Part shown: positions 56,631-64,000 of the stretch, piece by piece
How positions within the stretch are numbered: the first letter of the stretch is position 1
How the letters are laid out: each line of letters starts with the position of its first letter
Assembly (NCBI RefSeq): GCF_018260555.1
Contig: NZ_JAGLBB010000004.1
Span: 14,142-78,141 of the forward strand
From: Deinococcus sp.
GTDB taxonomy: Bacteria > Deinococcota > Deinococci > Deinococcales > Deinococcaceae
DNA: 64,000 nt
Reading direction: 5' to 3'
The notes under the pieces: model-generated
The model's input: the letters and a program-made list of their open reading frames with translations, nothing else
Told to the model about the DNA's origin: nothing
Database searches by the model: none
Made by a program: the position numbers and the translations under genes

Positions 56631-57788
56631 ATGAAGAAAAGCGCACTGAACCTGACCGTACTCGCCGCCCTGGCCCTCGGCACCGCTTCCGCCCAGACGA
56701 CCATCAAGATCGCCAGCCTCAGCCCGCTGTCCGGCGGCCAGAGCGACCTGGGCACCCAGATCCGCAACGGCACCCAGCTGGCCGTCAACGAGTACAAGGC
56801 CCAGTTCAAGAAACTCGGTTTCGACCTCGTTCTCGTGCCCTACGACGACCAGGCTGACCCCGCCACCGGCACCGCTGCCGCCCGCAAGATTGCCGCCGAT
56901 CGCCAGATCCTGGCCGTGGTGGGCACCCTGAACAGTGGCGTCGCGATTCCCTCCAGCGCCGCCCTGCAGCCCAGCCACGTGGCGATGGTCAGCCCGGCCA
57001 ACACCGCCAACTCGGTCACCGACCGTGGCCTGAGCAACATGAACCGCATCGTGGCCCGCGACGACTCGCAGGGCCCGGCCGGCGCGAACTTCATCAGCGG
57101 CACCCTGAAAGCCAAGAGCGTCTACCTGATCAATGACAAGACCGCCTACGGCGAAGGTCTGACCAAGGAAGTCGAGAAGGCCCTGAAGGCCAGCGGCGTG
57201 ACCGTCATCGCGACCGAAGGCACTGAGGAGAAAAGCGACTTCTCCAGCATCATCGCCAAGATCAAGCTGCAAAAGCCCGACGCCATCTACTTCGGCGGCA
57301 TCTACAACCAGGTGGGCGTGTTCATCAAGCAGCTGCGTGAAGGCGGCGTCGCGACCCCCGTGGTCGGCGGCGACGGCCTCGACAGCGGCGAACTGCCCGT
57401 GATCGTCGGCACGGCCAACGCCAACAACATCTACTTCACGACCGTCGCCGCGCCCATCGACGCGCTGCCTGCCGCGAAGGTGTTCGCCGCCAACTACAAG
57501 AAGACCTTCAAGGACGATGTTCAGGGCTTCGGCGCCTTCGGTTACGACGCCGCCAAGGTCGTTCTGCAGGGCACCCTGAACGCCGTGCGCGCCAACGGCA
57601 ACAAACTGCCCAGCCGCACCCAGGTCGAAAAGGCCATCCGCAAGGGCAGCTTCACGGGCCTGCTGTCGGGGAACGTGTCCTTCAACTCGGTCGGCGACCG
57701 CAAGGCCGGCACCCTGTACGTGATGAACGTCACGGCCGGCAAGTTCAAGCTCAGCACCAGCATTCCCGTCAAGGCTCCCAAGAACTGA
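56631..57788 (+). CDS. Branched-chain amino acid ABC transporter substrate-binding protein (LivJ/K-like)
   Basis: 385 aa with a signal peptide and a type-I periplasmic binding fold pattern (IKIASLSPLSGGQS..., YFGGIY). Confidence 0.9.
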   Translation: MKKSALNLTVLAALALGTASAQTTIKIASLSPLSGGQSDLGTQIRNGTQLAVNEYKAQFKKLGFDLVLVPYDDQADPATGTAAARKIAADRQILAVVGTLNSGVAIPSSAALQPSHVAMVSPANTANSVTDRGLSNMNRIVARDDSQGPAGANFISGTLKAKSVYLINDKTAYGEGLTKEVEKALKASGVTVIATEGTEEKSDFSSIIAKIKLQKPDAIYFGGIYNQVGVFIKQLREGGVATPVVGGDGLDSGELPVIVGTANANNIYFTTVAAPIDALPAAKVFAANYKKTFKDDVQGFGAFGYDAAKVVLQGTLNAVRANGNKLPSRTQVEKAIRKGSFTGLLSGNVSFNSVGDRKAGTLYVMNVTAGKFKLSTSIPVKAPKN

Positions 57789-57992
57789 AGTTCACCCGGG
57801 GGGCGTGCACAGACGCGCCCCCGCACAACTCAGCTTCCCCGCACCATCCTGGGGCCGGGCCACGCGCCGGGCTCCAGTTCTCATGACCGCCGCCCTACCA
57901 GTCAAGACGCAGTGGGCGACGGCGCACGGAACCGCTTTCGGCGCACGGAACCGCGCGGGTTTAGGGACCGGAGGAAGCACCGCGAGTCGGTC

Positions 57993-58094
57993 TTCCCCGG
58001 TTGCACTCCTTCCCCGGTTGCACTCCTTCCCCGGTTGTACTCCTTTCCCGGTTACACTCCTTTCCCGGTTACACTCCTTTCCCGGGTGCACTCT
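57993..58094. repeat. Tandem array, 6 x 17 bp (TTCCCCGGTTGCACTCC)
   Basis: Units start at 57993, 58010, 58027, 58044, 58061 and 58078, with stepwise substitutions, between the binding-protein gene and livH. Confidence 0.85.
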
Positions 58095-58167
58095 TCGTTT
58101 CTTCGTGGCGCTCTGGTCAGTTCACTGACCGGGCGACCACACTCCCCCGCAAAGGAGTTGAATTTCT

Positions 58168-60802
<2,635 letters not shown>

Positions 60803-60806
<4 letters not shown>

Positions 60807-61618
60807 CCGGCACTGGCAACATTCTGGACGTGCGGGGCGTCATGAAGGTCTTCGGTGGCCTGGTCGCCGTGAACGACGTGACCATGAGCATCCCCGAGCG
60901 CAGCATCGTCAGTGTGATCGGCCCGAACGGCGCGGGGAAAACCACGTTCTTCAACATGATCACCGGCATCTACCAGCCCACGAGCGGCACCATCCGCCTG
61001 GCCGGGCGCGAACTGGTGGGCATGCGCCCCGATCAGGTCACGGAAGCCGGGATTGCCCGCACCTTCCAGAACATCCGCCTGTTCTCGACCATGACCAGCG
61101 AGGAGAACATCATGGTGGGCCGCCACGCCCGCCTGAAGAGCGGATTCGTGGACGCCGTGCTGCGCACCAGGAAATTCCATGATTCCGAGCAGGAGGCGCG
61201 CGACACGGCCCGCCTGATGCTGGACTTCGTGGGCCTGAGCCAGTGGCGTGACGAACTGGCAACCAACCTGCCCTACGGCGACCAGCGCAAACTCGAAATT
61301 GCGCGTGCGCTGGCCACGACACCCAAACTGATCCTGCTGGACGAACCGGCCGCCGGCATGAACCCCCGCGAGACCGAGGACCTGAAAAGCCTGATCCGCC
61401 GGGTCCGTGACGAACTGGGCGTGACCGTGTGCCTGATCGAACACGATATGCGACTGGTCATGACCCTGTCCGAATACATCACCGTGCTGGACTACGGCAG
61501 CAAGATCGCCGAGGGCCTGCCCCACCAGGTCCGCAACGACCCCCGTGTGATGGAAGCGTACCTGGGCCGCGGGGCCGCCGCCGGCGAGTACGGGAAGGAA
61601 GAGCGTCCTCATGTCTGA
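60803..61618 (+). CDS. livG: Branched-chain amino acid ABC transporter ATP-binding protein
   Basis: Walker A GPNGAGKTT and signature YGDQRKLEIARAL. ATGA overlap with livM. Confidence 0.92.
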
Positions 61619-62339
61619 ACTCAAACCCATGCTGGAACTGAACGGCGTGCACACCTATTACGACCACATTCACGCCCTCAAGGGCGTCAGCATGACCGTC
61701 AACGAGGGCGAGATCGTCGCCCTGATCGGCGGGAACGGCGCGGGTAAGACCACCAGCCTGCGCACCATCAGCGGCATGATGAAACCCCGCCGGGGCACCA
61801 TGACCTATCAGGGGCAGAACATCTCCGGTATTCCCGCGCACCAGATCATGCAACAAGGCATCAGTCACGTACCCGAAGGCCGGCGCATCTTTAAGGACCT
61901 CTCGGTCCGCGAGAACCTGGAAGTCGGCGCGTACACCGTCACTGACCGCGCGCTGATCGAGAAGCGCGTGCAGGAAGGCTTCGAGTTCTTCCCGCGCCTG
62001 AAAGAGCGCGAGACACAACTGGGCGGCACCATGTCCGGCGGAGAGCAGCAGATGCTGGCTATCGCCCGCGCCCTGATGGTCAACCCGCGCCTGCTCCTGC
62101 TGGACGAACCCAGCATGGGTCTGTCTCCGCTGTTCGTGGAGTCCATCTTCGACATCATCGTCAAGCTCAACAGGGAACGCGGCACGACCGTCCTGCTGGT
62201 CGAGCAGAACGCCAGCATGGCCCTGGGCATCGCCCACCGCGCGTACGTCCTCCAGACGGGCGAGGTCAAACTCAGCGGGAACGCCGCCGATATTGCCAAC
62301 GACGAGAGCGTGCGGAAAGCGTACCTGGGCGAAGAATAA
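61611..62339 (+). CDS. livF: Branched-chain amino acid ABC transporter ATP-binding protein
   Basis: Walker A GGNGAGKTT and signature MSGGEQQMLAIARAL. Overlaps livG by 8 nt. Confidence 0.92.
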   Translation: MSELKPMLELNGVHTYYDHIHALKGVSMTVNEGEIVALIGGNGAGKTTSLRTISGMMKPRRGTMTYQGQNISGIPAHQIMQQGISHVPEGRRIFKDLSVRENLEVGAYTVTDRALIEKRVQEGFEFFPRLKERETQLGGTMSGGEQQMLAIARALMVNPRLLLLDEPSMGLSPLFVESIFDIIVKLNRERGTTVLLVEQNASMALGIAHRAYVLQTGEVKLSGNAADIANDESVRKAYLGEE

Positions 62340-62476
62340 GACGGATTCCGATTGATTCGCTGCAGTCCCAAATCAACCCGGGCGGACGCGAGTAGGAAGG
62401 GCAGACGCCCCTTCGCGGCATGGAGCCGTAGGCGGCGCTTTTCCGACTGTGGCGCAGTGGAGCGGCAGTCCGTATA
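62339..62476 (+). repeat. MITE-like repeat, family A copy
   Basis: AGACGGATTCCGATTGATTCGCTGCAG...GGCAGTCCGTATAA. It starts at the last base of the livF stop codon. Confidence 0.8.
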
Positions 62477-62537
62477 AGGCCCACGCTGCCGACCCTCCGA
62501 GCAATCGGGGGGTCGGTTTGCTTTGGCCCGCGTGCCC

Positions 62538-62689
62538 TGTAATCCGAATAGCGGTCTGTCTCATTCACAACCTGAAAAGACACAAGGTTGCCCACTCCAC
62601 GCCCGGAACCCGTTTGCTCTCATTCGCTTCGCTCCGAGTGAGGGCAGGAACAGTTCCGGGGTCGGAGTGGGCTTCTCGGAATCCGTCTC
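62538..62689 (+). repeat. Diverged family B repeat copy
   Basis: ...CCACGCCCGGAACCCGTTTGCTCTCATTCGCTTCGCTCCGAG...CTCGGAATCCGTCTC is collinear with the other B copies. Confidence 0.55.
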
Positions 62690-62727
62690 GGTGGTTACCC
62701 GGGTAACTAAAAATCATCCGCAATAAA

Positions 62728-62748
62728 CTTGACATGACCACACTCAAG
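62728..62748 (+). promoter_or_regulatory. HAIR-like inverted repeat (HspR operator) upstream of clpB
   Basis: CTTGACA-N7-ACTCAAG against the consensus CTTGAGT-N7-ACTCAAG. It overlaps the -35 element. Confidence 0.6.
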
Positions 62749-62757
62749 TTTCAGAAT
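62729..62757 (+). promoter_or_regulatory. clpB promoter
   Basis: TTGACA, a 17-nt spacer, then CAGAAT, about 59 nt upstream of the TTG start. Confidence 0.5.
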
Positions 62758-62815
62758 GGGTGTAGTTGACCGACGACCCACGCCCCCACTCCCCTCATTC
62801 CCGGAGGTTCCCACT

Positions 62816-64000
62816 TTGAATCCCGACCGTTTCACAGAGGCCGCCACGCAAGCCGTTCAGCAGGCGCAGGGGCTCGCGCAGCAGAGCGGCCACCAGAACC
62901 TGACGCCCACCCACGTCCTGCGCACCCTGACCGACAATGACACCGCCGGGCGCGCCCTGACCCTGGCAGGCGGCGACCTGCTCCAGATCCGCGCCGAGCT
63001 GGACACCGAACTGCTGAAGCTCCCGCGTGTGCAGGGTGGCGGGGACAACCTGTACCTTGACCCGGCCCTGAGCCGCGCCTTCGGACGGGCCGACACCCTC
63101 GCCGGCCAGATGGGTGACTCGTTCGTGGCCGCCGACGCCCTCCTGTTGGCCCTGCGCGGCGAGTACCGTGGCCGGAGCCTGCCCACCGAGACTGACCTGA
63201 ACCGCGCCGTGAATGAGCAGCGCAAAGGAAAAACCGTGACGACCAAAACCAGTGAGCAGCAGTTCGACGCCCTCGCCAAGTACGGCACCGATCTCACGCA
63301 GCGCGCCCGTGACGGAAAGTTCGACCCCGTGATCGGCCGCGACGAGGAAATCCGCCGCGCCATGCAGATCCTGCTGCGCCGCACGAAGAACAACCCCGTC
63401 CTGATCGGGGAACCCGGCGTGGGCAAGACCGCCATTGCCGAGGGCCTCGCCATTCGTATCGTGAAGGGCGACGTGCCCGACGGCCTGAAGAACAAACGCA
63501 TCGTGAGCCTCGAGATGGGCAGCCTGCTGGCAGGCGCGAAGTTCCGGGGCGAGTTCGAGGAACGCCTGAAAGGCGTGATCGATGAGGTGATCGCCTCGGC
63601 CGGTGAGGTCATCCTGTTTGTGGATGAGATTCACACCATCGTCGGCGCGGGCAAAACCGAGGGGAGCCCCGACGCGGGCAACATGCTCAAGCCCGCCCTG
63701 GCACGCGGGGAACTACACCTGATCGGAGCCACCACGTTAAGCGAGTACCGCGAGATCGAGAAGGACCCCGCCCTGGAACGCCGCTTCCAGCCGGTGTTCG
63801 TGGATGAACCCAGCGTCGAGGACACCATCTCCATCCTGCGCGGCATCAAGGAGCGGTATCAGGTGCACCACAACGTGGAGATCACCGACCCGGCGCTTGT
63901 GGCCGCGGCGCAGCTCTCTCACCGGTACATCACGGACCGGCAGCTGCCGGACAAGGCCATCGACCTGATCGACGAGTCTGCCGCGCGCCTGCGCATGGCT
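62816..64000 (+). CDS. clpB: ATP-dependent chaperone ClpB, N-terminal 395 codons (continues beyond the window)
   Basis: Hand-translated from TTG at 62816, 8 nt after GGAGG: (M)[17 protein letters not shown]... The Clp N-domain and Walker [16 protein letters not shown] are present, and the frame is open to the window end. The ORF is missing from the track because it has no stop. Confidence 0.93.
   Translation, partial: MNPDRFTEAATQAVQQAQGLAQQSGHQNLTPTHVLRTLTDNDTAGRALTLAGGDLLQIRAELDTELLKLPRVQGGGDNLYLDPALSRAFGRADTLAGQMGDSFVAADALLLALRGEYRGRSLPTETDLNRAVNEQRKGKTVTTKTSEQQFDALAKYGTDLTQRARDGKFDPVIGRDEEIRRAMQILLRRTKNNPVLIGEPGVGKTAIAEGLAIRIVKGDVPDGLKNKRIVSLEMGSLLAGAKFRGEFEERLKGVIDEVIASAGEVILFVDEIHTIVGAGKTEGSPDAGNMLKPALARGELHLIGATTLSEYREIEKDPALERRFQPVFVDEPSVEDTISILRGIKERYQVHHNVEITDPALVAAAQLSHRYITDRQLPDKAIDLIDESAARLRMA

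Overview
High-GC (about 67%) chromosomal window whose gene content and motifs point to a Deinococcus-type genome. Most of it is conserved housekeeping: ffh, tRNA-Lys, uppP, the rpsB-tsf-pyrH-frr-cdsA-dxr-rseP block, alr, a split leuB/leuD...leuC cluster, sdhCDAB, hemB, gyrA, a Crp/Fnr regulator, two ferredoxin-NADP reductase types, glnN and glnA placed divergently, a livJHMGF-type transporter, and the 5' part of clpB. I saw no transposase, integrase, CRISPR array, prophage or recognisable defence genes, so this does not look like an accessory island. Four things go beyond routine annotation. (1) A dense set of modular MITE-like repeats shares a CATACGGAnTCCG terminus, and the repeat ends often coincide with start or stop codons. 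(2) Four short tandem arrays (14-17 bp units) lie next to promoters or stop codons. (3) A candidate leaderless 21-codon Leu-rich leader peptide plus terminator hairpin sits upstream of leuC. (4) A translationally coupled module of small TM protein, PBP1A, vWA protein and 4-TM coiled-coil protein has no known function. Other calls include a lipoprotein barnase-family RNase with barstar, an RDRM-like site upstream of gyrA, and a HAIR (HspR) site upstream of clpB. Everything comes from reading the sequence and the ORF track; no database search was run, so family assignments rest on motif recognition.
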